DNA of 64,000 nt from Candidatus Nanoarchaeia archaeon (GTDB taxonomy: Archaea > Nanobdellota > Nanobdellia > CSSed11-243R1), in the NCBI GenBank assembly GCA_028713895.1, contig JAQTNH010000001.1:438610-502609 (forward strand), written 5' to 3'. The position numbers and the translations under genes are program-made. Within the stretch, counting starts at the first letter, position 1. Each line of letters begins with the position of its first letter. Below are positions 34,703 to 44,595 of the stretch, one piece after another. The notes below the pieces were generated by a model. The model did no database searches. It was not told the origin of the DNA and worked only from the letters and a program-made list of their open reading frames with translations.

Positions 34703-35582
34703 TATTTTTCCATTCCTGCCGATGCCCATCGAGGCTGCAGAGAATATTTCAAGGCGTTTTGATTTTTTCTCAAATATACTTTTCAAAGTCAACCCGAACA
34801 TAAAAAAAGAACTGAACCAGGCGGATATTGAAATTGAGCCCCGAAGATATTTTTCAGTCTCGCTCATGTCCGCATTTCTGGTATTCCTGAGCGCATTTGC
34901 GGTCATACTTGTGATAGGGCTGCAGATTAAAACTATTTTTGAAGTGCTGCCGTCCGCTTTCCTGTTCAGCTTTGCTGTCGCAGTGATAATACTCTTTTAT
35001 TACATAACCTACCCCAAGCTGGTGATAATGCGCAAAAACAAGATGATTGACAGGGATTTGCTTTTCGCGCTGCGTTACATTACAATAAGGCTGCACTCAG
35101 GAATCCCCCTTTATGATGCGATGGTGAGCGTTGCACAGGGAGACTACGGGCTTGTTTCAGACGAGTTCAAAAAAACGATAAAAGAGATATCAAACGGGGT
35201 AAGCGAAACAAAAGCGCTCGAGGACATGGCAATACGCAATCCCTCGGAATTTTTCAGAAGGACAATATGGCAGATAGCAAACAACATGCGTTCCGGAGCT
35301 GATGTCGGAAGTACCCTGGAGAGCATTACCAAAAACCTTGTTGAAGAGCACAAAATTCTTGTAAGACGGTATGGCTCTGAGCTGAACCCGCTTATCCTGC
35401 TGTACATGATGTTTTCAGTAATCATCCCTGCGCTCAGCATAACTGTCCTGGTGGTAATGAGCTCATTTTCAGGGGTAAAAGTCCCGGTTATACTGTTTTA
35501 CATAATACCCATCGCAGTATTTTTACTGCAGATTTTTTTCATTTCAGTAATAAAAAACAAGAGGCCTATGCTTACAATTTAG
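34692..35582 (+). CDS. Pilus platform membrane protein, T2SS-F/TadC-like, first half
   Basis: T2SF-type domain LRYITIRLHSGIPLYDAMVSVAQGDYGLVSDEFKKTIKEISNGVSETKALEDM, plus TM helices. Confidence 0.75.
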   Translation: MKSNIFPFLPMPIEAAENISRRFDFFSNILFKVNPNIKKELNQADIEIEPRRYFSVSLMSAFLVFLSAFAVILVIGLQIKTIFEVLPSAFLFSFAVAVIILFYYITYPKLVIMRKNKMIDRDLLFALRYITIRLHSGIPLYDAMVSVAQGDYGLVSDEFKKTIKEISNGVSETKALEDMAIRNPSEFFRRTIWQIANNMRSGADVGSTLESITKNLVEEHKILVRRYGSELNPLILLYMMFSVIIPALSITVLVVMSSFSGVKVPVILFYIIPIAVFLLQIFFISVIKNKRPMLTI

Positions 35583-35589
35583 TGATAGT

Positions 35590-36579
35590 ATGAATGATTT
35601 GCTTGAGAAAATAGGAAGAATGATTGCGCGGGACAACATAGTCAAGATTAGAGCCAAGCTTAATTATGCCGGGCTGAAGGTAAACGCGGAGAGCTTTGTC
35701 GCAATAACTGTGATGGTGGGAGTCCTGTTCTCAATTGCTGCTGCAGTAATATTTTATTTCTGGCTGAAAAATCCGATATACCCTGCTCTTGCACTGATTG
35801 GCGCAGGCGTAACATTTTACTTTTTGATGTCAGGGATAATAGGCCTGCTGGTTGACAACAGGGCAAAATTTGTCGAGAAAACACTGCCTGATGCGCTTCT
35901 GCTTATGGCGTCAAACCTGAAGAGCGGAGTCGCTCCGGATGAAGCGCTGATTCTAAGCGCCAAATCCGAATTTGGTTTTCTTGCCAAGAACATAAAAACA
36001 GCAGGACACAAAATTGCAACAGGCATACCTATTGAACAGGCGCTTGAAACAATATCCGAGGATGTTGATTCCGAAATCCTTAACCAGACTATAGGGCTGA
36101 TAATAGAAGGCATCTCCTCGGGAGGAGAGCTGGCATCAATACTTGAAGGCACTGCGCGCGACATCAAGGACAATGAAATAATACGCAAGGAGATACGCGC
36201 GATAATAATGCTTTATGCAACCTTTATCATGATGGCGGTTACATTCATATCCCCAATCCTGTATGCTGTCTCCACTGAACTTGCGGGGATATTATCCAGT
36301 CTTAGCCAGACTCTTGCGGCAGGATTCCTTGTTGAGGGCTCGTCCTCGGTTGTCCCAATCGCAGCAGCGGACATATCCACTGATTTCCTTCTGGTATTTG
36401 CATACGTCAATATAATCATAACTGGTGTGTTCGGTTCGATGATGATTGCGCTGATAAACAAGGGAAATGAAAAATACGGGCTCAAATACATGCCTTTCAT
36501 TGTAGGCGCTGCGATAATACTGTTCAATGTCGGGAGACTGGCTATGAAGTACTTTTTCGGGAGCATCAGAATACTGTAA
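35590..36579 (+). CDS. Pilus platform membrane protein, T2SS-F/TadC-like, second half
   Basis: LPDALLLMASNLKSGVAPDEALILSAKSEFGFLAKNIKTAGHKIATGIPIEQALE, plus TM helices. Together with the previous ORF it resembles a split FlaJ/PilC. Confidence 0.75.
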   Translation: MNDLLEKIGRMIARDNIVKIRAKLNYAGLKVNAESFVAITVMVGVLFSIAAAVIFYFWLKNPIYPALALIGAGVTFYFLMSGIIGLLVDNRAKFVEKTLPDALLLMASNLKSGVAPDEALILSAKSEFGFLAKNIKTAGHKIATGIPIEQALETISEDVDSEILNQTIGLIIEGISSGGELASILEGTARDIKDNEIIRKEIRAIIMLYATFIMMAVTFISPILYAVSTELAGILSSLSQTLAAGFLVEGSSSVVPIAAADISTDFLLVFAYVNIIITGVFGSMMIALINKGNEKYGLKYMPFIVGAAIILFNVGRLAMKYFFGSIRIL

Positions 36580-36582
36580 CCA

Positions 36583-36598
36583 AGAAAACCTTTTAAAC
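36583..36598 (+). promoter_or_regulatory. BRE/TATA promoter of the stand-alone pilin gene
   Basis: agaaaacc-ttttaaac. A GGAGAGGTG Shine-Dalgarno precedes the ATG at 36640. Confidence 0.55.
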
Positions 36599-36639
36599 AA
36601 GCAGGATGTTGATATATTATCAAGGAGAGGTGTTGTTAA

Positions 36640-37116
36640 ATGTATAATAAAAAAGCGCAATCAGCACTTGAATATCTGCTTACTTACGGCTGGGCAATTC
36701 TTATCGTAATCATTGTCGGTGCATCATTGTATGCGCTTGGCGTCTTCAATCCAGGAACCTTTACAGGAAAAAGAGTCACAGGGTTCACACAATTCCAGGT
36801 TATAGACCACAAGCTGGATGATAACGGGGAAATGACCCTTATGATTGGCAACAGGCTTGGAAAGGCTGTTGAAGTCGGCAATGTCTCCTTTGAATACAAG
36901 AATGACGTGTGCTACAACGCCACTTATGCAAGCTCCCATTTTACGCTGGGGCCGAACACAGAACTGTCCATAACAGAGGACTGCACTGCTGAATGGGGAA
37001 ATCTGGACTTAAGGTCCTCTTATTCAATAATTGTGGACATAGAATTTGATGACCCTGACTCAGCCCTGACGCACACAGATTCAGGAACATTGTTCGGAGC
37101 AGTAGAAGCGCATTAG
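36640..37116 (+). CDS. Type IV prepilin-like protein (class III signal peptide), candidate major pilin
   Basis: MYNKKAQSALEYLLTYGWAILIVIIVGASLYAL: KKA/QSALE with Glu at +5, then a hydrophobic helix. It has its own promoter. Confidence 0.75.
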   Translation: MYNKKAQSALEYLLTYGWAILIVIIVGASLYALGVFNPGTFTGKRVTGFTQFQVIDHKLDDNGEMTLMIGNRLGKAVEVGNVSFEYKNDVCYNATYASSHFTLGPNTELSITEDCTAEWGNLDLRSSYSIIVDIEFDDPDSALTHTDSGTLFGAVEAH

Positions 37117-37126
37117 TATTCTATCC

Positions 37127-38116
37127 TTATTTTTTTATTAATTCGATAGTGCCTATTATCGGGTACTCTATCTTGATAAGATTGTGGTCGTCAAGGATTG
37201 ACGCCCATTCTTCAACAAGCTTTGCATCCACCTTAAGCGCTTTTGAAGCGTCTTCAGTGGAAATTTTTCCTTTTTGCTCGACAAGCTCAAGAAGCTTGTC
37301 AATTCCAGTCTCTATCTTCATACCCATAACAGAGCTTGTCTGTGAAACTCTTTTTAGAATATCTGCCTTTGAAACAACACTGACTGGCTTCTGGTCTTCA
37401 ATTACAAAAAGACGGTTTGCTTTTGCTGCATTCATCTTTTGCATTACATTCCCGAATGTTTCCTTCGGTGCAATTGTTTCAGCAGGGCGCGTCATTTCCT
37501 TTACAGGCCTTGACATCAAAACCTGAACTTGGCTTGGTTCAGTCTTTTCAATACGTTTTACAATGTCCTCAGACTCTATAGCGCCCTTAAGCTCGCGCTT
37601 GGATGTAACTGCCAGACCGCGTATGTCATTCTGCAGCATGAGCTCAATTGCCCTTGCCACCTTTTCATTCTCCTCGATTGACACAACACCCTCAGTCAGC
37701 ATGGACTCTACGGGCTCGGCATGATAACTTTTCTCCCTAGTTATTATGCGCTTTAGCCCCAACTTGCCGAAATCCTCAGAATTCTTTAACTTGTGGGACT
37801 CTGTCGCCAGTATAGCATTTTCTATTCTTGACTTGGTTTTTTGTTCATGATGTTTTTTAACAAGCGCAATGAATGGTTTGCTTCGGAGCTTTAGCCTGTT
37901 TTGAGGATGAATCTTAGGAATCCCAAGAACTTCATGCATCTTTTTCTGGGGCGCTTTCCTTGCGGATTTTTTTGCCGATTTTCTCTTTTTTGATATCTTC
38001 TTTTCAGGAACATGTTTGGGTTCAGGCTTCTTTTTGCGGAACACATTTTCCTTCTTCATTTTGTCCACTACCAACTCCAATCTCCTGAATACATCATCTG
38101 TTTCAGCCCTCGCCAT
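37127..38116 (-). CDS. CBS-pair protein with a Lys-rich N-terminus and a C-terminal winged-helix-like module
   Basis: Basic tract KKKPEPKHVPEKKISKKRKSAKKSARKAPQKK. Two CBS repeats (IRGLAVTSKRELKGAIESEDIV and NRLFVIEDQKPVSVVSKADIL). C-terminus IDKLLELVEQKGKISTEDASKALKVDAKLVEEWASILDDHNLIKIEYP. Confidence 0.6.
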   Translation of the reverse strand: MARAETDDVFRRLELVVDKMKKENVFRKKKPEPKHVPEKKISKKRKSAKKSARKAPQKKMHEVLGIPKIHPQNRLKLRSKPFIALVKKHHEQKTKSRIENAILATESHKLKNSEDFGKLGLKRIITREKSYHAEPVESMLTEGVVSIEENEKVARAIELMLQNDIRGLAVTSKRELKGAIESEDIVKRIEKTEPSQVQVLMSRPVKEMTRPAETIAPKETFGNVMQKMNAAKANRLFVIEDQKPVSVVSKADILKRVSQTSSVMGMKIETGIDKLLELVEQKGKISTEDASKALKVDAKLVEEWASILDDHNLIKIEYPIIGTIELIKK

Positions 38117-38152
38117 AGCTATTCCATAAAAGCTGTATATTAAAAAACCTAA

Positions 38153-38878
38153 CTAAGTTACATTGAAAAGCGCGGTTCCAAGAACCTTTTCAGAGGCTAT
38201 GCTGACAGAAATAAGCTGATGCCCTGTATTCCCAATAACTGAGATAGTTCCATTATAAATTCCATTTACAGTTGATTCAGACGCGCTGCTTATCAATGAG
38301 CTGTTTGAATCATAATAGCTTATGTCTATTGCAGAATCAACAGCAGTGCCGTTAAAATGTTCCAGCACAACCTGATAATAAAGTGTTGCTCCGGCGCTGA
38401 ATGTGTCATTCTCATATAAATATCCGGAGTCGTTGTAAGTTTTGACTCCAACAAAAGCGACATTATCATCAATTTTTAATTTGACGCCCTCGCTTGTCAT
38501 CTGGAGATACAGAACATTTAAGCCGGGTTTAACAGGCATGGTTCCGTATATGGACGCTGCAGGCTGTCCGATTGCGTCGCGGGGAGGGTCGCTGAAACGT
38601 ATGTTTATTTCCTGGTCATGGATATATGTGCGATTTCTGACTATGTCGCCCGGAACATTAATTGTTACTTTTGTGCTTGCATTCAAGCCCTGCGAATAAA
38701 CAAGGTTCGCAGCAGAAGTTGTGACACTGACCATCTGCTTTGCATTCATCCCGTTTGTATCAAAGAAGTAACCGCTTACATAATTGTATCCAAGATACGA
38801 GGTTACTATCAAAAGTATAAGCCCTAATGCAATAACACTCAGGAATTCAATTGCGCTCTGCGCCTTCATCACAGCCAA
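38153..38878 (-). CDS. Prepilin-like protein
   Basis: MAVMKAQSAIEFLSVIALGLILLIV: KA/QSAIE class III signal. Confidence 0.7.
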   Translation of the reverse strand: MAVMKAQSAIEFLSVIALGLILLIVTSYLGYNYVSGYFFDTNGMNAKQMVSVTTSAANLVYSQGLNASTKVTINVPGDIVRNRTYIHDQEINIRFSDPPRDAIGQPAASIYGTMPVKPGLNVLYLQMTSEGVKLKIDDNVAFVGVKTYNDSGYLYENDTFSAGATLYYQVVLEHFNGTAVDSAIDISYYDSNSSLISSASESTVNGIYNGTISVIGNTGHQLISVSIASEKVLGTALFNVT

Positions 38879-39207
38879 ACCTCTTTTACGATTTCAAGAT
38901 TTGAGTCCTCTATCCTGATGTAGCTTTCATTGAACTCAATGTCTATGCCGTAGTAATCAGCAAAATCTGTGTTGATGTAATTGACGTAAGACGCTATTGT
39001 CTGGGCATCAGCATTTTTGCTGTGAAGATAATTTAATCCCTCTATGACGTCGTCATAGATTGCCGAAATCCTGTAGCTTGCAACAACCCTGTATTCTTTG
39101 TCATGCTCAAACTGGACGCGCTCATTCTGAACAACAAAAATTGTAAGTATCACCAGAAAAATCAGCTGTATTACAAGTATTGTTGCGAAAATTCCCTTCC
39201 TGTTCAC
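38869..39207 (-). CDS. Small prepilin-like protein
   Basis: MNRKGIFATILVIQLIFLVILTIFVV: RKG/IF followed by a hydrophobic helix. It overlaps both neighbours. Confidence 0.55.
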   Translation of the reverse strand: MNRKGIFATILVIQLIFLVILTIFVVQNERVQFEHDKEYRVVASYRISAIYDDVIEGLNYLHSKNADAQTIASYVNYINTDFADYYGIDIEFNESYIRIEDSNLEIVKEVWL

Positions 39208-39989
39208 GATGTCCCAACCTCAAGCTCAGCTATGCCGTAGCGGATGACATTGAATGATTTGTAAGCAAACTGGTTGTAAGTCGGCCCGCTTACAGATGCA
39301 GAAATGTTGTATTCACCTATGACTGCGTCAGGCGGAAGAATTACATTGTATTCGAATGTTTTTGACTCGCCCTGAGTCGTAAACAGGAATTCCGGGGTTG
39401 GATAATTCCACAAAATTATGGGCCAGCCTTCCAATTGGCCGCCAGAGCTATAGATATTAGTGACTACTGTTCCCTGCTGTGGCAAGCCTTCCTCCTGATT
39501 TGCCATTACTATAACACTTAATGGCACTGATGCCGGAGCCTGAGAAGACTGAATATTAATATTCATCCACGGGGCCGGCAGTATCCCTAAGTTTTCAGTC
39601 AGGGTTAAAACAAGGAATTTCCGCACAACAATGCTAGTTTCAAAATCATGTTCATTGACAGTAAGGCTGTTGACAAGGTTTCCGCCGTCGTAAACATTAA
39701 GACGCATTTCAGCAGGGTATGGAAGTTCGCCCAGCATTTCCTGTACTATCGCTTCAGCCTGCGGTATATTGTTCAGCTGTAGCTGCTCAAATGCCTGCGA
39801 CAAATTTTCTGCCTTGTCAGAAGCGCGGAGAAAGTTCTCGCTGTTCATGTAAATAGTTGAATCCTGCACACTTACCTGCGGGTCAGGCGTCAATAGCGAA
39901 TAGACCGCTACTATCACTGCAATGAAAATTGAAAATGCAACAAGTGCATCAATCGTGAATATTATCGCTTTTTTGTTCATTCGTACCAC
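39204..39989 (-). CDS. Prepilin-like protein
   Basis: MVRMNKKAIIFTIDALVAFSIFIAVIVAV: KKA/IIFTID. Confidence 0.6.
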   Translation of the reverse strand: MVRMNKKAIIFTIDALVAFSIFIAVIVAVYSLLTPDPQVSVQDSTIYMNSENFLRASDKAENLSQAFEQLQLNNIPQAEAIVQEMLGELPYPAEMRLNVYDGGNLVNSLTVNEHDFETSIVVRKFLVLTLTENLGILPAPWMNINIQSSQAPASVPLSVIVMANQEEGLPQQGTVVTNIYSSGGQLEGWPIILWNYPTPEFLFTTQGESKTFEYNVILPPDAVIGEYNISASVSGPTYNQFAYKSFNVIRYGIAELEVGTS

Positions 39990-40037
39990 ACTCCCACAGC
40001 CCTTCTGCGCCTTTGGTTTGAAGCCCTGGCGGAACTG

Positions 40038-40541
40038 TTATTCATACCATATCCCCAATGTTATCATAGCAAGATAGCTGCTGTCTACCCAAGCCTTTCG
40101 TTCGGAAAATATTGCCTCGCTTCCAGCAGGAGGCTCATATCCTGTGATTATGCTTACTCCGTCAATATTCAATAAGTTTCCGTCTGCATCCCTGGCATCA
40201 AAATAAAAGTTGTATCCCCTGATTCCGAGAAGCGCCTGGCTGCAGTTGTAGTCCAGGCTTGCAAATGCCTTTAATTTTTGTCCGGAAATAATACCCGGCG
40301 CGCTCATGAAACCCAGCGAATTTATCTGGGCGCAACCTTTTGTTTCCCAGTCATCAGGATTACCTTTTGTTGACATCAGGACATTAAGCGCCGGCTGTGA
40401 ACGCAGTTCCAAATCACCGAGTTCAGCCTGCTGTTTTTCATAAATTGTATATTGGTAAAGAAGGACTCCAAGCCCGCCGATTATAGTCAGCACAATCAGG
40501 GCGGCAAACATGACATCCAATGAGATTATCTGTGCCTTCAT
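40038..40541 (-). CDS. Prepilin-like protein
   Basis: MKAQIISLDVMFAALIVLTIIGG: KA/QIISLD. Confidence 0.6.
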   Translation of the reverse strand: MKAQIISLDVMFAALIVLTIIGGLGVLLYQYTIYEKQQAELGDLELRSQPALNVLMSTKGNPDDWETKGCAQINSLGFMSAPGIISGQKLKAFASLDYNCSQALLGIRGYNFYFDARDADGNLLNIDGVSIITGYEPPAGSEAIFSERKAWVDSSYLAMITLGIWYE

Positions 40542-41188
40542 CTGACCCTCACCAATTTTTCAGCATTTAAGTTCTTGTAATCATTGTCAGCTACAAATAC
40601 GGTGTAATCATCAGACGCAATCCCTGCCGTGTTCCATGTGTAGTTTATTGAATTGCTGGCTGCTGTGCGTGTTAACGGGCCAAGCAGTGCAGTGCCATTG
40701 CTGTAAAATATTGTAAGGTTTGCAGCAGCCCCATTGATGTATTGTGACATTATCAGCGCAGCTTCTCCAACCAAATAATCGGACTGATTTGTGTCTATTG
40801 AAGTAAGATATACTGTGCTGTCCATATTAGTTGCAGAAACTTTTCCAGAATAAACAACCTGGCTTGTTATGTTACGCGTGACAATAGAGCATACAGCTAT
40901 CTTGTCGCTCCACTCAACTGTTGCAGTGTAATTGCCCGAAACTCTTATTGCTGTAAGAGGGTCGGCATAAACTTTGTAAGGAACGCTCATGTTTATTGAG
41001 AAACCATCCCCCCCAATCACGGCTGCGTTAATGCCTTCAGAAAACTTGTAGCAGACATGTTCGGCAAAAGTGTCCTCAATTATGTTGTTCTCTGTGTAAT
41101 AACTGTAGGCGCCTATCGCAATAACATAGATAACCAGCATTATTGTAACGCCTGTGATAAATTCAAGCCCTGACTGCGCCCTCACCAT
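40538..41188 (-). CDS. Prepilin-like protein, first gene of the minus-strand pilin operon
   Basis: MVRAQSGLEFITGVTIMLVIYVIAIGA: RA/QSGLE. Confidence 0.7.
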   Translation of the reverse strand: MVRAQSGLEFITGVTIMLVIYVIAIGAYSYYTENNIIEDTFAEHVCYKFSEGINAAVIGGDGFSINMSVPYKVYADPLTAIRVSGNYTATVEWSDKIAVCSIVTRNITSQVVYSGKVSATNMDSTVYLTSIDTNQSDYLVGEAALIMSQYINGAAANLTIFYSNGTALLGPLTRTAASNSINYTWNTAGIASDDYTVFVADNDYKNLNAEKLVRVR

Positions 41189-41319
41189 GTTAAGACTTAA
41201 AAATTATGGATTTATTATGTTTTAGATAGCATATTATTGTAGAATTGGTTTTTTTAACCAAATTGTATTTTGGTATCACAAGCCAAACATTTATAAATAA
41301 GTTCTTCTTAGTCTACATC

Positions 41320-42108
41320 ATGTTCAAAACTGAAAGTGAAATCGCGGATTTCATAATAAAAAACTCATGGATAATCGAGGAAGATCTAACTTTGATAGGC
41401 AAAGAAATTGGTACTGGGTTTGATGAGGTAGGCAAAATAGATATTTTGTTTAAAAATAAACAAAACCAGTTCGTAGTAATAGAACTGAAGCTAAACAAGC
41501 TTACATCATCGGCAGTAGCACAAATGGTTAAGTATACAGGAGCCCTAGCAGCCAAGTACAGTTTAAACAGAGAATCCATAAAAATGATACTTATCGGAAA
41601 TTCAGCAACTGCTGAAGTAAAATCTTTTTGTTCTCTCTTGGGTATCCGCATTATAGAATTCGGTCTTGTGAACGAGCTCCAGCTTAAAATTGAGTCCTAT
41701 CTAAATAATTTTGAAAAATATAAAAGTAAAGAAAATTTGGAACATCCAAAACTAATCAAAGATGTTATTGATGTGCCCAAACAAATTACTCGGGTAAAAT
41801 ATAGAATAATAAAACTAAAAACTGTGCCTGCTATCGCATCAGGCAGTTTTTTAGAAGTAGGCAATAATGACAATCTGTTTAGCCTTTTCACGCCAAAGCG
41901 AATTCAATTAATAAATGAATTAATCAGAACCAAACATTTTTCGATTAGAGAACTTGCAAATTCTCTTAACAGAGACATTAAAAATGTTTTTGATGATTTG
42001 ACAATGCTGAATCAAGCTGATATAATCGAATTGGTCCAAGAAGGAAAACGTAAAGTTCCCTATCTAAAAAACAATACGTTACTAATCAGGTTTGGAGAAC
42101 AAAGGTGA
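41320..42108 (+). CDS. PD-(D/E)xK nuclease domain (DUF91/NucS C-terminal-like) fused to an ArsR-like wHTH
   Basis: [39 protein letters not shown] fits the D...ExK...Q..Y pattern. The C-terminus is [50 protein letters not shown] tttataaataa at 41290-41300 suggests a leaderless start at 41320. Confidence 0.65.
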   Translation: MFKTESEIADFIIKNSWIIEEDLTLIGKEIGTGFDEVGKIDILFKNKQNQFVVIELKLNKLTSSAVAQMVKYTGALAAKYSLNRESIKMILIGNSATAEVKSFCSLLGIRIIEFGLVNELQLKIESYLNNFEKYKSKENLEHPKLIKDVIDVPKQITRVKYRIIKLKTVPAIASGSFLEVGNNDNLFSLFTPKRIQLINELIRTKHFSIRELANSLNRDIKNVFDDLTMLNQADIIELVQEGKRKVPYLKNNTLLIRFGEQR

Positions 42109-42113
42109 ATAAA

Positions 42114-44414
42114 ATGATGCCAAAAAAAGAAGAAGAACCAAAAGGATTGAAAATGAAAGTTGCGGAAGCAATACAGGATGATGTCGGAAAAGGGATAGTA
42201 CGACTTGATACTTCCATAATGAAGGAAATAGGCGTTTCTCCAGGAGATGTTGTCGAAATAATCGGAGAAAAGACAACAGCGGCGATTGTTGACAGGGCGT
42301 ATCCAGCTGACATAGGGCTGTCCATCATAAGGATGGACGGACTCACGCGATGGAACGCAAAATCAGGGATAGGCGAACCTGTTGTAATCAAAAAAGCAGA
42401 CTACAAGCGGGCAAAGACAGTAACAATAGCCCCGGCACAAAAAGGAGTTTTTGTACAGATGCATCCTGACTCTTTCAAACAGGCGCTTCTTGGCAGGGCT
42501 GTTGTGAAAGGCGACATGATAACTTTGGGCGGAACAAAGCGGAGACGCTCAACATTCTCAGGAAGCCCGTTCGAAGACATATTCAAAATGATGGAAGACA
42601 TGGAGGGAATCGGCAATCTTGGATTCGGACTTAGCGACATAAAATTTGTTGTTTCAAGCACGAATCCGAAAGGAGCAGTCCTGATTACAGGAGAAACCCA
42701 GCTGACAGTGTCTCCGGAAGCAGTTGAAATCGAAGAGAAAAATGTCCCTGGAATCGCATATGAGGATATTGGCGGACTGGGAGACGAGCTTACAAAAGTC
42801 AGGGAAATGGTTGAAATCCCGATGAGACATCCCGAGGTATTTGAAAGGCTTGGAGTAGAGCCCCCAAAAGGAGTCCTGCTGTACGGGCCGCCAGGAACAG
42901 GCAAGACACTTCTTGCGCGCGCAGTTGCAAATGAGGCAGATGCATATTTCATTTCAATTGCAGGGCCTGAAATAATGAGCAAGTGGGTTGGAGAAGCAGA
43001 GAAAAAACTCAGGGAAATATTTGACCAGGCAGAGAAAAATGCCCCTGCAATAATCTTCATTGACGAGATAGATGCAATCGCTCCAAAGCGTGAGGATGCT
43101 GTGGGAGAAGTCGAGCGAAGAGTTGTAGCGCAGCTTCTTGCAACAATGGACGGCTTGAAATCACGCGGAAGAGTGGTTGTCATTGCAGCAACAAACAGGC
43201 CCAATGACATAGACCCTGCTCTGCGGCGCCCTGGAAGGTTTGACAGGGAAATTGAGATAGGAGTCCCGGACAGGGAAGGAAGGCTGGAGATACTGCAGAT
43301 TCACACGCGTAACATGCCATTGACAAAAGACGTTGACCTAAAAAAGCTCGCAGACATAACGCATGGATTTGTCGGAGCAGACATGTCAGCGCTTGCAAAA
43401 GAAGCTGCAATGAATGTCCTGCGAAAAGTCCTTCCAGACATCAAGCTAAGGGAAGGGGAACCGCTGTCACGCATTGACCTTGACAAGCTTGTTGTTTCAA
43501 TGGAAGACTTCAAAGCAGCGCTCAAGATTGTCAGGCCAAGCTCAATGAGGGAAGTCCTGATTGAAATTCCAAAAATAGGCTGGGCTGATGTAGGCGGGCT
43601 TAATGATGTCAAGCAGAGCCTTAAGGAAGCGGTGGAATGGCCCATAAAATATCCGAAGTCATTCCAGAGGATAGGAATACGAGCTCCGCGAGGAGTCCTG
43701 CTGATGGGGCCGCCAGGCACAGGAAAAACAATGCTTGCAAAAGCAGTTGCAAAAGAGAGCGAGGCAAACTTCATCTCTATCAAAGGGCCTGAGATATTCA
43801 GCAAATGGGTTGGCGAAAGCGAAAAAGCAATACGTGAAATATTCCGCAGAGCCAGACAGGCATCGCCATGCATAGTGTTCTTTGACGAGATAGACTCAAT
43901 AGCGTCACGAAGGGCAGCAGGGGACGGAAGCAGGGTAAATGAAAATGTCATTGCCCAGCTTCTGACAGAAATGGACGGGCTTGAAGACATGTCAGATGTT
44001 GTTGTGATTGCAGCAACAAACCGCCCGGACATGATTGATGCAGCCCTGTTGAGGCCTGGAAGGTTTGACAGAGTGATATTCATCCCTCCTCCAGATGAAA
44101 AGGCAAGACTTGAAGTCTTTAAAGTACATACAAAAGAAATGCCCTTGGCCAAGGACGTTGACATAAAAGACTTAACGCAAAGAACCGACGGTTACTCAGG
44201 AGCGGACATAGAGGCAGTGTGCAGGGAAGCCGGGATAAGCGCGCTTAAGGAAGACATTGAAGCAAAGGAAGTCAAAGGAAAACACTTTGAGAAGGCAATG
44301 GAAATAGTGAAGCCAAGCATTACACAGAAGGACATAGCAATCTACAAGGGATTCATTGAGCAGTTCAGGAAGCACACAATAGAAGCTCCAAAGGGAATCA
44401 ATTATTTGGGTTGA
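42114..44414 (+). CDS. cdc48: CDC48/VCP-type AAA+ ATPase (two AAA modules)
   Basis: N-domain [21 protein letters not shown]. Two Walker A motifs ([11 protein letters not shown] and [11 protein letters not shown]) and two Walker B motifs (IIFIDEID and IVFFDEID). The track start at 42105 is a GTG overlapping the previous stop. Confidence 0.92.
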   Translation: MMPKKEEEPKGLKMKVAEAIQDDVGKGIVRLDTSIMKEIGVSPGDVVEIIGEKTTAAIVDRAYPADIGLSIIRMDGLTRWNAKSGIGEPVVIKKADYKRAKTVTIAPAQKGVFVQMHPDSFKQALLGRAVVKGDMITLGGTKRRRSTFSGSPFEDIFKMMEDMEGIGNLGFGLSDIKFVVSSTNPKGAVLITGETQLTVSPEAVEIEEKNVPGIAYEDIGGLGDELTKVREMVEIPMRHPEVFERLGVEPPKGVLLYGPPGTGKTLLARAVANEADAYFISIAGPEIMSKWVGEAEKKLREIFDQAEKNAPAIIFIDEIDAIAPKREDAVGEVERRVVAQLLATMDGLKSRGRVVVIAATNRPNDIDPALRRPGRFDREIEIGVPDREGRLEILQIHTRNMPLTKDVDLKKLADITHGFVGADMSALAKEAAMNVLRKVLPDIKLREGEPLSRIDLDKLVVSMEDFKAALKIVRPSSMREVLIEIPKIGWADVGGLNDVKQSLKEAVEWPIKYPKSFQRIGIRAPRGVLLMGPPGTGKTMLAKAVAKESEANFISIKGPEIFSKWVGESEKAIREIFRRARQASPCIVFFDEIDSIASRRAAGDGSRVNENVIAQLLTEMDGLEDMSDVVVIAATNRPDMIDAALLRPGRFDRVIFIPPPDEKARLEVFKVHTKEMPLAKDVDIKDLTQRTDGYSGADIEAVCREAGISALKEDIEAKEVKGKHFEKAMEIVKPSITQKDIAIYKGFIEQFRKHTIEAPKGINYLG

Positions 44415-44433
44415 TGGGGAATCCCCATCTTTC

Positions 44434-44563
44434 TGCCCTTTTCTTTAGAACCGAGAGACTTTGTCTCTGGGCACTTTGAGACTGCATCTCGAAGCATCGT
44501 GGTGTAGCCACAATGTCGCGACATGGTCGCAATGAAGAAAAGCGTAAGCTGCGGAAAAGAAAC
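44434..44563 (+). repeat. Intergenic repeat family, copy 2 (long form)
   Basis: It starts tgcccttttctttagaa and ends gcgtaagctgcggaaaagaaac, and is followed by TATA ttttttatatta. Internal hairpins are gagac-tttg-tctc, gagac-tgca-tctc, gtgg-tgtag-ccac and gcgac-atg-gtcgc. Confidence 0.65.
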
Positions 44564-44595
44564 CTTTTTTATATTACCTTTCTCTTTAGTTTTAT

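Noticed and set aside
44413-44429. Perfect palindrome gatgggga-a-tccccatc overlapping the cdc48 stop, considered as a regulator operator.
   Set aside because: It occurs once, and its position directly at a gene end fits a simple terminator or mRNA-stabilising hairpin. There is nothing further to support an operator role.
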